Shown: piece after piece, positions 1-11,380 of the stretch
Position numbering within the stretch: the first letter of the stretch is position 1
Layout: each line of letters begins with the position of its first letter
NCBI GenBank assembly: GCA_029953675.1
Contig: JAMWBK010000009.1
Location: 248,001 to 312,000 of the forward strand
DNA length: 64,000 nucleotides
DNA from: Rhodosorus marinus CCMP1338
Lineage: Eukaryota > Plantae > Rhodophyta
Reading direction: 5' to 3'
Notes under the pieces: model-generated
What the model was told of the DNA's origin: nothing
The model's input: the letters and a program-made list of their open reading frames with translations, nothing else
The model's database searches: none
Position numbers and translations under genes: made by a program

Positions 1-1500
1 TGAAATCAATATCAACAACCCCGGAATCAAGCAGCCGATCCCTCTTCCAAAATGTACAAGCCCCTTCTTCGACTTCAGCTTAAATTTCAGCTTCTGCGGA
101 GTGTAAGGATCGGCTACAAGAATCTGATATATGCACACAATAAAGAACACGTCACATAAAACAGCCAGAACAGCCTCTAGCACATTCATTTTGTCTCAAG
201 TCCAGCGCCTCTCAAGACGTCCACACTCCTTCGTCCCTCCACAGCCAAACAATTTCACATTCACATCAAAAACCTCGACAGGCACTGCAAGCATCGTCTG
301 GAAACGAAACCCTCCCCTTTTACAATCCACATCTTCGTGTCTCCGAAACAAAGTCTCACAGATAAAACAGATCCTCAACAGTTTGGAACTGATCCACTCC
401 CCAACCAACCCCCCCTACCAGCCGAAATCTCCTGAGGTTGCCGGCTGATCTTCTCAACGCCAAACATGGGCTACATGACAGCCGGAGAAAGACAAGCAAG
501 CTTCGGTCGTGTTCGGATTATTGAGGGAGCTGCCTTTCCCCAACCAAAGTAGCTCTCCTAATTCAATCGCCAACTCCTTGCGCTCGAGTTAGGGCAGCCG
601 GGAGGACATAGTGTACCCCGTGTCGATCTCAGGATGTTTCTTTATCGAGTTATAAAGATTGGTCACCCTATCCTGACGTTGTTGAGGGCTGCCATTCTTG
701 CCAACTAGATCAAAACTGAATCTACTTTTGAAACGGACGTACAAAAACAACACAGACGTTCACTCTCACGAGATCATCAGAACGGAGAAAACGTCTCGTA
801 AGCTCCTCAAGCTCGTGAGCTAGGCTACCTTTCTGGTCAAAACAACCTAACCAGACGGTAAGTTCTTGTTGGACAGCAAGATCCTGTTCATCTTCCACAT
901 GGTTCTTCTACAAAGTCTGTGAGTCTTCCGAATAGATTCTTGGTCTTGTGTACATATCTTGACATGAATTGGACCTCCGCAGAAGAGACACCTTATTACA
1001 AACAAGACTAGCGACTTCAATGTCCGCTAACAAACTGATTGCAGAGTGAGCTCGGACTTTCTAAGACCCCTGAAGCACTCTGAAAGAGGACAGCAAAGCC
1101 TAAGTCGTTAGGATTGACAGTCAAGTTGGAACAATCTATTCCATTCTTCGACGCTGGTTGACGCGCAAATGTCGAGCAGATTGACGTCTAGTTTGCATTG
1201 CTGTCGACCAAGGTTGCCGTGAAAGTCTTCTTTTTCTCGTTTGCGATGAGAGTAATCAGAGCGAGCAGGTCCTTCAAATGCTTCAAAGACATGAGCTCAG
1301 TAATCAATGCAGCAAAAAGGGCACTGACTGGCGGTTAGTAAGAGATCGGCTCGAGGGTGTGAGGTCATTTAGTATTTGGCAGTAGGTTTTGGTTTTCAAC
1401 TCGCTGCTGCTGCTTGCAAAATAAATTAGTTGGACAGTTGGTGAGCCTTCATAGAGTACGCTGACGGAAAGAGATATCTTCGAGGAAACTATTCGAGGAA
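1..1500 (-). CDS. Unresolved multi-exon coding sequence(s), hypothetical
   Basis: Protein-like minus-frame stretches near GT/AG sites (ELMSLKHLKDLLALITLIANEKKEDF near 1.2-1.3 kb; KNHVEDEQDLAVQQELTVWLGCFDQKG near 0.8-0.9 kb). No consistent gene model obtained; may be two genes. Confidence 0.3.
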
Positions 1501-1557
1501 ACTATTCGCAAGCTTCTCCCCCGGAAGCGATTGTATCATTAATATACAGAACAATAA

Positions 1558-2330
1558 TCACACTTTTGTCCTTTTTGCCTTCCAAGAGGAGGATTTCTTC
1601 TTTTCAATCGTCTTGACGGACTTTGTCTTGGACTTCGACTTTGTAGTACGAGAACTCTTCTTGAGCTTCGCCTTCTCCATCGTCTCATCGTTTCCATTGA
1701 CCTGTGCAACACTGCTAGAAGAAGTCTGTAGCGGACGGGAATTGGTTGCTCAGTTTCAGCCAGCAGCACATAATGCGCGGCTATGGCAGCTCGAGCAAAA
1801 ATCTTACCGCAAGGGAGTCAAACACGCTCTCCTTACTTCCAAAGATCTCACTCAGTTCTTTTCGACTGTAAAGCTTCACGTTCTTTCCAGATTTTCGCCT
1901 CTCAAGGAATGACGCACTTTTACTCTTCTGAGACCCTTTTTGTCTCTCCCGTTTAGTACTCTTCGGCTCTGACCCAACCGAGCCAAGGTTGGAGAGCAGG
2001 TCGCTGAACGAGCTGGACATTTCACCTCCGTTCTTCCAGACATCGCTCGGCTTTTTTTCAGACCCAATCCCTGATGCACACAAAGGCCAAATCCCACGTA
2101 GTTCAGTACTTAATTTCCTGCGTATGCACACCTTGAGCCAGCACCAAGCCAGTAAAAGGCCTACCGGAAGAATCCAGCTTTCTCCTGAATACAATAGGCT
2201 TCACAGAACCATCCTCGTTCTTGCCAAGGCCTTTCCCTTCGCTCCAGCCCATCTTCTGCAACATTTGGAAGCCAAAACGAGATTCGTTCTGACTCCATTC
2301 TTGATTCTGAGTCTCTAGAATTCCAGCCAT
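1558..2330 (-). CDS. PINX1: PinX1/Pxr1/Gno1-like G-patch protein (3 exons)
   Basis: N-terminal EWSQNESRFGFQMLQKMGWSEGKGLGKNEDG G-patch, followed by FSDLLSNL and a Lys-rich tail. Introns 2071-2164 and 1726-1807 are GT-AG and give one open frame to TGA at 1558. Confidence 0.85.
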
Positions 2331-2808
2331 CTCCCCTCTAATCTCTTTCCCAAGCACTCTTTGCTGTCTAGAAATGCCTATCCTCCCACGAAGCTCACCT
2401 CTGCACCTCTTCAGTGCATACTCTAAGGACAATCGCACAATCCTCGCCTTCCTCCAAACCCATCCGACGGTGAATACTAAGTAAGGCCGAAACCATCCAA
2501 GTCAACCCCTTTCTCACCAAACTAATTCGACATTCATATCAATTAAATTTCCATAAAAAGTACTTTATTGAAAATGACAATAACGACGAAAAGGGGGTAC
2601 AAGTTTAGGAATAAATGGAAGACTCATTTCCCGGTCGGCCTCGTCGAATACTAAGAATTCGAATAGGTGAAAAAACTTGATCAGAAGAGTCGTTTAGCGA
2701 ATCACTGCGCTCAAAGGTTTGCATGAGGCCAATAGAAGCATTTCAACAGGGTTTTTAGAATATTTGATTGTCTTGGAGGACAGACTGTCAGAATGAGAAT
2801 CCCGTTTC

Positions 2809-3498
2809 GATGGTTGTTTTAGTTGGCGGATTGGTGTCAGTAATTGCTTCTGGACATTGCTTCTGGACGGAGATTTTGGAGATAGCCACCCGAGGACTGA
2901 ACAAAACACCGAGAATGGCCCTCGGAAGCATAATCACTCACGAGTACGCCCTTTGAAGGAAAGCCGAAACTACACAACTTGCACGTATTCGGGGCAGAGA
3001 TCGCCTCCAAGAAAGAGGGAAAGGGAAAGCTGCCGAAACTCGGACCTAGCGCAATCCAGGAGCCCTGATGCCCGTAAGCGATCCCCGCGTGGCGTGTGTA
3101 GAAACTTGTTGAGAAGTTAAAAAGCTGGAGAGATCGAGAATCAAGAATCCATCATAGCAGCAATTAGGCAGGACTGAGGAGAAGGTGGTCTATGAGGCTG
3201 GGTGGAGCGCTTCTGGTGACTTGGAGCTGTGCAGAAGTGTACTTTGCCCTTGGAGCTGGAGGAGTCATCAAAACTCGGTTGTGCAAGTTGTCCATAATTC
3301 AGTTGTTTCACCTCGAAATATTTGAAAGCGATGCGGAAGCGCTATTGTTGGAGTCAGTATTCTACGTTCCTTGATCATGGGGATTATTTGACGTACACGA
3401 ATCGTCCCTCTGCGACTCTGCAATGGCCAGACTTTGACATTGGACGAGCGCATGCGGACCGTGCAACAATCGAGGCTGCCTTGCTGTCGTTCCCTTAA
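2809..3498 (+). CDS. Hypothetical multi-exon protein, possibly membrane-associated
   Basis: Hydrophobic segment MRLGGALLVTWSCAEVYFALG and a protein-like last exon YSTFLDHGDYLTYTNRPSATLQWPDFDIGRAHADRATIEAALLSFP*. Start and splicing are uncertain. Confidence 0.3.
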
Positions 3499-4021
3499 CG
3501 CCACTCCAGCATCGTGCTCAACCAGAAAATATCCCCGCCCCTACCTCTATCGATCATGCACACCCGGACGCGGTGAAGACAGTGCAAGAAGCAGTGCTCC
3601 TGCCTTCACGAACTCTCGCCCTTCTACCTTGCCCACCCAGAAAAGTCACATTCCACTCAAAAACTATCTAAAATTAACCCAAAAACAAGAAACTCCCAGA
3701 TCTAAGAACAGTCAAAATTTCAACCCGAATGGAATTTATTCAATAAAATAATGCAATGGAATTTTCCAGAGTTTTCGCCCAAAAATCGCTCTCCTATTGG
3801 GAAGATGAAAATAATAATTAAAAATATGATCACCACCCACTTCATCCAAAATTGTACACAATCTGCAGCTTTCCACATACTGTCAGACTACCTTAATCCA
3901 TGGGGGCAGACCTACCCCCTCCCCCCAATATCGCTCGACTATAACTTGCACTGTCAAAAGTGAAATCTTTTAATTTAGGACGGAAACGTGATCCTCACAG
4001 AAATCAGTGCGCAATACATTA

Positions 4022-4091
4022 GGGGGGGTTATCTTTCCTCCAAAAATATTATGATTTTAATATAAAAATATTTTATGAAAATATCCCCCCC
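4022..4091. mobile_element. 70-bp MITE-like palindromic element flanked by TA
   Basis: TA|GGGGGGGTTATCTTTC ... GAAAATATCCCCCCC|TA, with inner AAAATATT/AATATTTT arms; lies in an AT-rich spacer. Confidence 0.4.
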
Positions 4092-4928
4092 TATTCTGTT
4101 GCGTACAATGTTTGACTCTTTTTTATGCGTCATATATGATTTCAATCTATTTATATGGTTATGGTGAATATTATTACTTCAATCAAGTTTATCTAGAATT
4201 TGTAGATTGAATTAGGGTGACATATTTAGGGGGCATGGGATTTTTTTCTTGGCCTGTGGAGAAATTCGTTGAACCAGCAGAAGTGGGTCGTCTGAGGGGT
4301 AAGCAGCAACATCGCTTACCTCAGCGGTATTCTTTTATTGCAGAAGAAATATCAATGCGTGCTGTCGTGTATCTACTGCACCGTTTTTTACCTTGGAAGA
4401 ATAGAGTATAATCAATCACCATACTTAATTTACATAAATATTATATAATAAAAACACTATACCACTGTAAAATTGCCTTCCGTGTTCGCTTACAGAATAT
4501 TTATATAGTATATTTGATCAAATTCAGAAATTAATTTTAAATATTCATCAACAAGACCGATTTATGATATATTTATATTGAGTTTATGAATAAACGAGTG
4601 GCGTTTCACCATAGCGAGTCGCGTTTCGCGGGGTGACGGAAAGATTCAGCAAAACTGGGTTCAAATAGCTGGACAAGGTGAGGGAGAGTGAAGACATTTC
4701 TCTCGGGGCTTGACTGTTGATGGGGTGAGGAAAGGTTGTGCGAAGGCCCAAGTTCTGTGGTTTGCTGTCTTTGGAATCAGTAGAGGGTTCGGCGGACTCT
4801 TTGGGTTACATATATATATATATATATGTATATATTGATGTATATGTCTATGTGAAGAGAGCGGTTTCGAGGATGGGCAATTGAATTGGGTGTGGTTGGG
4901 AAGATGAATGTAGCTATGTATTAAGCAT

Positions 4929-5458
4929 GTGGACGGGGTACCCGAGAAGGCGAAGATGTGGACTCCAAGCTTTTTGATTTTGACCTGTGGGGATGTATGC
5001 ACAGTAGTCATGGCGCTATTCTTGATGGCGGCGTTGTCTAGAATACCGGGTTCGTGTAAGGGGGAGGGAACCCACCGAATGTTGAAGTACTTCTGCGTAA
5101 CTGGGGCAGAAACAGATGAGAAGGCGGAGGAGTACCTGGATATGGAGGAAGATGTAGGGTCTATCCGGAGAACATGTTGTCCCCCCCGAAGACGATTGAA
5201 GTAGGGCAGCAGGGAGCGTTCCTTTGGGACCGCGTCGATTTCAGAAATGGACACGGATTATTTCTTCCGAGAGTTTTAACTGGCTACCTTCGGGAGTTTG
5301 AATGGAGAAAACCGCGCGTACTCCTTGTATATGGGAGGGAGCCGTCTGCTAAGGAAACAATAAGCTGGGACACTGGGGAGATATCACCCTTTCCAAAGCG
5401 TGTCACCAAGCGAGACCTGAAACCCAACTGCCGAGTCAGGCAACTGTATTTACAATGA
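4929..5458 (+). CDS. Hypothetical protein or pseudogene (two overlapping frames)
   Basis: ORFs 4929-5204 and 5174-5458 follow a G/T-rich leader like those ahead of clear genes here. No family recognised. Confidence 0.3.
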
Positions 5459-6043
5459 AAAGCAGCTGAGCTCCCCCTGAAGAGATATAAGTAATAACTA
5501 CGCTAACATCAGTAAAAGCCGATCTAACATGTACCAAAAAAGGAATTCCCGCAAAACTTCGGACTGAGGTCTTCCGTACGACAGAAGATACCTTTCCAAC
5601 TTGTCTACTCCACTTCGGGCAAGCCATATCAGGCAAAAAGACTCTAGCTCCATACCATTCGTCGGCTACCAACTCCCCGCGCACTCCTGTAGAACATGCT
5701 CAAATCTCCGCCAGCCTTTCCCAGCACAGTTTTAGATCGAAATATTCAAACATGAAGTCCTAAAGAACCATTCAAATTTACAATTTCAATAATTTCGTGA
5801 AGAAATGTTCTAGATTTGAGAAATCAGTGACATAATGATAGTTTTTCACCTTATTTTCCTAAATGGGTGTATGGTCGACGTCCGCTTCACGCAAAAAATT
5901 GACTTCCTGAAGAGTGGTGCACTATTGGTTGGAGTGTTTGGGCAGTTGGTGATGTGTGAGTGGCAGAGGGGACTAGCAAGAGATGCGTGAAGTGAGAGAA
6001 GGTAGCTAGGTGAATCCTTTAGAGAATAAGGAATTCCGTGAAG

Positions 6044-6654
6044 ATGGCGAAAGGTTTGAGGAGCAAGGTGAAGCGTGCCTATAGGGCGTTGAAGAGGGAT
6101 AAGATGGAAGGGGTGTACAAGAAGAAGTTGGATGACAGGGTGTCGTCTCTCCATAAAAAGGCTGGTTTTGAGCAAGCGGCAGTGATGGAGGAGGATAGAC
6201 CTGTACGTAGTGTGCACGTTCTACTTGGGAAGTAGTGCCCCTTTTTTCTATGTTTCCGATCGTCTGATTTTGTTAGTTGCTTGGTAATTTGTCTGGGTCT
6301 GTTTCTGGCCGCTAGGAGAGAATTGTCAGGCACGGAGGTGTACAGCTTGGTACTACGTTCGTTCCGGACCATGAAAGGCCTAAACTCAACGTGGTTCATG
6401 GACCGCTAGCTGAAACGGCTGAGAATTCCGACGCGAAAGTATCGTTTGAGCCTACTGAGCATGTTCCGCAGTATACTGAACGCGCTCTCGAGGATGCTAA
6501 AGGCGGTTCAGGAGGAAGAGACAAGGATGTTGATATGTCCGCGGGAGATTCGAAGAAGAAAACTGCTATCCGCAGGAGAAAAAATTCCGTCCGAGCGAGA
6601 ACGCGAAAATCTTCCAGGCACCCGCAAAACAAAACTCGCAGGAGCGCACTGTAA
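6044..6654 (+). CDS. LLPH/DUF2423 (YBL028C)-like small basic protein
   Basis: Starts MAKGLRSKVKRAYRALKR, resembling the family N-terminus MAKSLRSKxKR. One GTACGT...CAG intron joins it in frame to a basic C-terminal exon ending at 6654. Confidence 0.65.
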
Positions 6655-6778
6655 TATTGCTAAATTAAGAAGTCACCAGATTTCAAGAAGCTGCCCAAAG
6701 GCGTTGGAGATACTGACGACCGTTCCAAACATCGGCATGATGTTTGGAACGGTCGTGCTGAGTACTTCCCAGGTCGAC

Positions 6779-7425
6779 TTACGCCCGGGAACCGCGTCCT
6801 AGGTTTAGGCTCTGGCACGCGCTGAATCTGAAAATCAGCAAAGCTGTCTGGAGGTACCCCTCGGGGAGGCCGTACAGCTCATTCAGCAGCTCATTATGGC
6901 GACTCAGGAGCGCGCGAAGGGTGCGCTCCACAAAATTCGCAATGCCCACAGGGACACCAAATAGAATGAAACCCTCGGGACGCCAAATGTTAGTTGATAG
7001 ATACTGTAGGTTCTCGTTTGCTTCGTGGGCTCTTTCAGAACAACCTAGGGCGTCTTGTTCTAGCCTCCTCACGGAGCTGCCTTTGACCCTGAGGCATTCC
7101 AACGCTGCTTTGTTGTTGGACGCGCGTCACCAGCGTCTTGTTTCTCGCTTCTCAGGGAATTTAGGCTCTCAATAAACGGATGACGATGGTAAAGGCGTTG
7201 AATCCTGAGAGTCATTTGGTTGTGAACGTATAGTACTTGTACTAAGTGCTCGTACACCCGCCGGCCCAAACCGATCAGCTGTCTCAGGCTTAGTTTCACT
7301 CCGTCAGTGCTCAGACCGCGCGGGTGTCTCGAGGAGAATTGTCGCAGCCAGGTTCCGCCTCCAGATCCGCTGCGGGAGTGGAGACGCGCACACAGCGTCT
7401 CACTAATACCCGGGTTCTCCACCAA
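6779..7425. mobile_element. Scrambled CRE-type (RLE) non-LTR retrotransposon fragments
   Basis: Minus 6779-6995 WRPEGFILFGVPVG..FVERTL..LL.RH..LL..L..LP...LQTALL..RF (post-RT thumb). Plus 7000-7175 RLE C-terminus (LRHSNAALLL). Minus 7270-7425 ARLHSRSGSGGGTWL...LS...LRQLIGL (motif preceding the CCHC finger). Confidence 0.65.
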
Positions 7426-7761
7426 TTCCTCAAGCCCCCAGACTAACGTAACCTCCTATACTCACTCTCCCGGCAGATGCTGTTACTTGAGGAGCAATAA
7501 GCCCGGTCAACGAGGTACTACGAGAAAAGTGCAGTGAAGCGACACCGTTGCCGATCGTGAGAACTTTAGTCGGATCGCGATCAAGCCTATGGTCGAGTGA
7601 GCGAGCACACGATGAAGTGCTCTCGGTTTCTGACTCTTCTGACTCGGTCCATCGAACGAGAAAACTTCCGATCCCCCACGCGCTTGTAGTTCTTGCTCAC
7701 AGCCATTGAGAAGTACCTCCTGTCTTACTGGAGAACAAACAACCCCGGGTGGGTGTGGAAG

Positions 7762-8296
7762 TCAGGTCGCGCGAACGCGAATCTCCGGATCATCATCAAT
7801 CTCCGCATGGTCAGAAATTAAGCCGTGGACATGCACATAGAGGTACTTGGTAGGAATCAAGTAGGACTGCCACAATTCATTCATAGTCCAAAAAAAAAGA
7901 AAAAAAGCCATGTGTAACCTCACTCTCATCCGCAATGCCCAAGTCGATCTTTCCCTTCGCTTCGATCGTTGCACTCAGCCGATAAGAGCTCGACGAGTCA
8001 TACGTTCGAACGTAAGTGTCGAGCTTGTTGAGGTCCACATGGTTCAAACGCTCCAGTCCTGAGCGCTCGAAGGCCTGCATCTTGGAGACCGCCAAATCGG
8101 GACTGCTTACCGATGCGAATAGCCCGTCCCCGAGCCATCCATTGTATAACTCAATTGACGTCGTCATTCCTACCAAGCTCTCAAAGTCGGTCACGGAATC
8201 CAACTCTAGCCGCTCCCTCTCGCACCAAGCACAAAGTTCGCCTTCCTTGTAGTCTTGGTGAGCTGAAAAGTCGCCGTTGTCAACAATCGCACCCAA
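7762..8296 (-). pseudogene. 5'-truncated gene fragment of unknown family inside the TE mosaic
   Basis: Open frame of about 130 codons (CAWCERE...IELYNGWLGDGLFA...KGKIDLGIADESE). It can be spliced in phase via a T-rich GT...CAG intron to SYLIPTKYLYVHVHGLISDH...*. No start context before the gypsy sequence. Confidence 0.4.
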
Positions 8297-8399
8297 CCGC
8301 TACCCAGGTGACGGGTTGCTGACGGCGGTCAACGATCTAGGGCAGGACGAATAACTACGGTGCCTCAAACTTCAGCCTACGCCGAGTAACATCACGGAG

Positions 8400-8712
8400 G
8401 TGCTGCTGGTCGGACGAAAGGAAGTAGAAGTCGGCGGTGACGAGAACATCGGTGTTCTCCAAATCCGCGCAATGGAAAATCCGGGAACGACGAAGGAAGT
8501 GAGCGCAGCCGAGAAGGAGCTACGGAGAGAGTTCGATGAGCTCTTCGTCGATACCTTGGCGAAACTACCGCCACATCGGGAGCAGGACGCAGCAATTGAA
8601 ACGGGCGGCGCGAAGCCGGTGTTCAAGTGCCCGTACCGACTATCGCCATTGGAGCGGCGAGAGTTGAAGACTCAGCTGGAGGACCTCATCGAGAAAGGCT
8701 TCATAACCCCTT
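8400..8712 (+). mobile_element. Ty3/gypsy pol fragment (protease-RT linker)
   Basis: LPPHREQDAAIETGGAKPVFKCPYRLSPLERRELKTQLEDLIEKGFITPS; the frame breaks at the start of RT. Confidence 0.9.
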
Positions 8713-8806
8713 CTCGGCTGCGCTCACTTCCTTCGTCGTTCCCGGATTTTCCATTGCGCGGATTTGGAGAACACCGATGTTCTCGTCACCGCCAACTGCT
8801 ACTTCC
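8420..8806. repeat. 98-bp inverted duplication (fold-back) of gypsy sequence
   Basis: 8709-8806 is the reverse complement of 8420-8517 with 2 mismatches; spacer 191 bp. Confidence 0.95.
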
Positions 8807-8809
8807 GCT

Positions 8810-9480
8810 CTTGTGTGGGCAGAGCTACCCCTTTCTTTGCTCTACACCTATCCAACTACCATGGTAACCCTAATTATACCGTTCTTCGACCCGGCCTGGT
8901 ACGCCGGCTTCGCTCTGCCTTTCCTTTTCGTCTATCCCTAAAGCAGAATGTAATTACTCTGCCTACCACGCTGAATAGAGAAAGGGGGTTGATCCCGCAA
9001 AACAACCAAACAGTCAACACTGCCCGTCGGGAGCTACCCCCACACTATCTATTGCTCACTAAGCCCCAGTTGTACACGCAATTCTTGAAGGTTCATTACC
9101 CATGGGCTTTGTAAAAATATCCGCTAGCATTTCTCCAGTCGATATGTATCGCAAGTCCACGCCCGGCGTTATACACCGATCCCTCACGTAGTGATAGTTC
9201 ACTCTAATATGCGGAGACTTTTTCTTGTCATCTCCTTTTGCCCATCTAACGCAGGAGCTGTTGTCGGCCCATATGCTTGTACGGGTTTCCTCACCGTGCA
9301 TCCTAGTTCTTCCATGAACTCTTCCAACCAACGTTGAAGCACCATCATGTCTCCATGAGCCTGGTACTCTGCATCGGTGGTTGATTGAGCGACCGAACGC
9401 CGCTTCTTCAACCTCGCGACAATCGGGGCGTCGTTCGGTTTTATCACAATACCTGTCGTACTCTTCCTGTCCGTGTCCGC
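8810..9480 (-). mobile_element. Ty1/copia 3' fragment: frameshifted RNase H plus possible partial LTR
   Basis: DRKSTTG...SVAQSTTDAEY...WLEEFMEELG, then IWADNSS...HIRVNYHYVRD...MLADIFTKP. A purine-rich tract is followed by TGTTGA at 9019, a possible LTR start. Confidence 0.85.
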
Positions 9481-9481
9481 G

Positions 9482-10335
9482 ATAGCGGCTCCTATCGCCA
9501 GACTGCTTAAGAAGGAAGTACCTTTCCAGATTACGGAGGAGATCTTGCAGAGCTTTGAGCAACTGAAGTCTGCCGTGACCTCGGAACCGGTCCTCACCTT
9601 ACCTCGGTTAAATCGTGGCGGGTTTGAGGTCACAACCGATGCCTCTGGGGAAGGGATCGGAGGGGTTTTGATCCGGGGAGGACGTCCGGTGGCTTTCACA
9701 TCGCGTAAATTGCAAGGTGCAGAGCTTACGCACCCCACGCATGAGAAGAGATGCTAGCAGTAGTAGACTGCTTCAAGATATGGGGCCATCAATCCCCCCA
9801 TTACCTGGAGGGATTGAAGACGGTGGTCTGCACCGATAGTACCGCTGTAACATACTTCAACGAAGTGGCTCAGCCATCGCGAAGGGTGACGCGGTTCCTC
9901 GCGAAACTCGACTCGGCGTTCGTCGAGTATGAGGTACGACACATTCCAGGTAAGACGAATCTGGTCGCAGACGCATTGTCGCGGGCGGAGCGGGAGACTG
10001 CCGTAGTTCAGTTGGTGTCGATCGACCAACTGGAGGGGTATATCCGGACAAGACGAATACCTGCAGGCGTCGAAAAGTCAGAAGAGGCCCTACTACGAAC
10101 GGAGGTGGGGAACCTAAGGAAGACGAGGCAACAGCCGGCTAATTAAGGACATGGATGGGCGACTCGTGACCTGGGTGAAGGACTGTTGGATGTGATTAAT
10201 AACGTCCATACTACCCTCTGGCACGTAGCGGCGAAACCGCTATACGGTAGTTGCGGCAGCGGTTTTGGTGGCATACTGTGCGCCGAGATGTCTTCAACGC
10301 GGCGAGGCGCTGTAAACGTTGCCCGGTGAACCAAC
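9482..10335 (+). mobile_element. Ty3/gypsy pol fragment (RT connection, RNase H, integrase HHCC finger), decayed
   Basis: IAAPIARLLKK...TDASGEGIGGVL...VAFTSRKL, TDS...HIPGKTNLVADALSR, then H.T..H...LRQRFWWHTVRRDV...CKRC, with frameshifts and stops. Confidence 0.9.
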
Positions 10336-10369
10336 CTTGGGACCTCATGGGTCCCAAGGTTGGTATGAG

Positions 10370-10760
10370 GGGGAAAAAAAAAAAGTAAGCGCCGCGAAGG
10401 TCGCGCACCTCCGATAGCAAGACCGGCAGCGGGAGAGCGCCGTGGATTCGCCGCGGCTAGTATGCGCAGACAAAAAGAACTGAAATATGCGCGGGCTGTG
10501 ACTACACCAAGGGGTTCGTGCTTCGGCTCTCGCGCACCGCCTAGTGCCTTCAATCAACGAATCTTTGGTGTTATGGACTCCATAGGATCTCGGTGGCTTC
10601 GGGAGATATTCCGTGAACGCCCGGACTGTCTACAATCTTTGTATACCCGATTGAGTTTCTTGTTGTGGCGCATGAACGCTGCGTTGCTATTGGAGGCGCG
10701 CGACCTTCGCGGCACGTAGTCTTTCTTTTCCCCTCGGGGTTTTTCTTTCAGTCTCCGATT
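10370..10760 (+). mobile_element. CRE-type non-LTR retrotransposon 3' end (restriction-like endonuclease)
   Basis: GFAAASMRRQKELKY...SAF...FG...LYTRLSFLLWRMNAALLL*, matching the RLE pattern K..KY and RLS..L.R.NA. Confidence 0.75.
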
Positions 10761-10963
10761 AAACAATTCATACGGCCTGCGGTCTGGAAAACCCCCGAAT
10801 TTTCCCCCAAGGATATTTTGGGGGAAATTCGTAGGTTTTCCACTACGTGGTTGAAAGCAGCGATGTTGCGGCAGCGATGTCAAACCCTACTTTTCGCGAT
10901 GCGGCGGTGACATGTCGGTTTGTCCCCTCATTATTGAATGGTTTGGCTTGATAAATCTATCAC

Positions 10964-11380
10964 GATAGTGTAGGTTCTCGCTGGCTGCGAGGTGTCTTTC
11001 GCAACGACCCAGGGCGTCTAGATAGCTTTCTTTGACCCAGCGGCGATCAAATGCTGCTTTGTTTGTAGACGCGCGTCATCAGCGTCTTGTCTCTCGCTTC
11101 TCAGGGTAGTTAGGCTCTGAAGAAACCTGAAGAAGGAGGAGTTGAGAGCGTGATGGCGGGCCCCTCGTGAGAGGGTTTGTTGAATCGAACCGGGCTTCCA
11201 AGGTGGAGAGTCGATTGGGGAGTTCGTAGCTGGGTCAGGGGCCAGGTCGCGGAGCTTGGTGAGTCTCTCAAGGCGCACCGGGGCGTCAGGTCGAAGGCGT
11301 CGGAGTGGTGCTGCTGCGACGGCGATGATTTGTCCCGCTAGTGCTTCGGTAGAGGAACTAAGTTTGTGGAGGGCTCAAGT
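10964..11380. mobile_element. Third RLE C-terminal copy (+, 10964-11109) followed by a possible CRE linker fragment (-)
   Basis: Clear nucleotide similarity to 7000-7170, with differences largely at plus-frame third codon positions (AAT/AAC, CAT/CAC, GTC/GTT). The minus-strand part is tentative. Confidence 0.6.

Noticed and set aside
4661-5254. 197-aa minus-strand ORF
   Set aside because: Runs through a (TA)n microsatellite and a low-complexity leader; not protein-like.
7069-7180. Minus-frame reading ...SEKQDAGDARP / SERQDADDARL (also at 11018-11130) as the true CRE frame
   Set aside because: Differences between the two copies are synonymous in the plus frame and non-synonymous in the minus frame.
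11170-11200. tRNA T-loop-like GGTTCGATTC on the minus strand
   Set aside because: No T-stem pairing or cloverleaf. Similar look-alikes at 17664 and 41830 lie inside coding exons.
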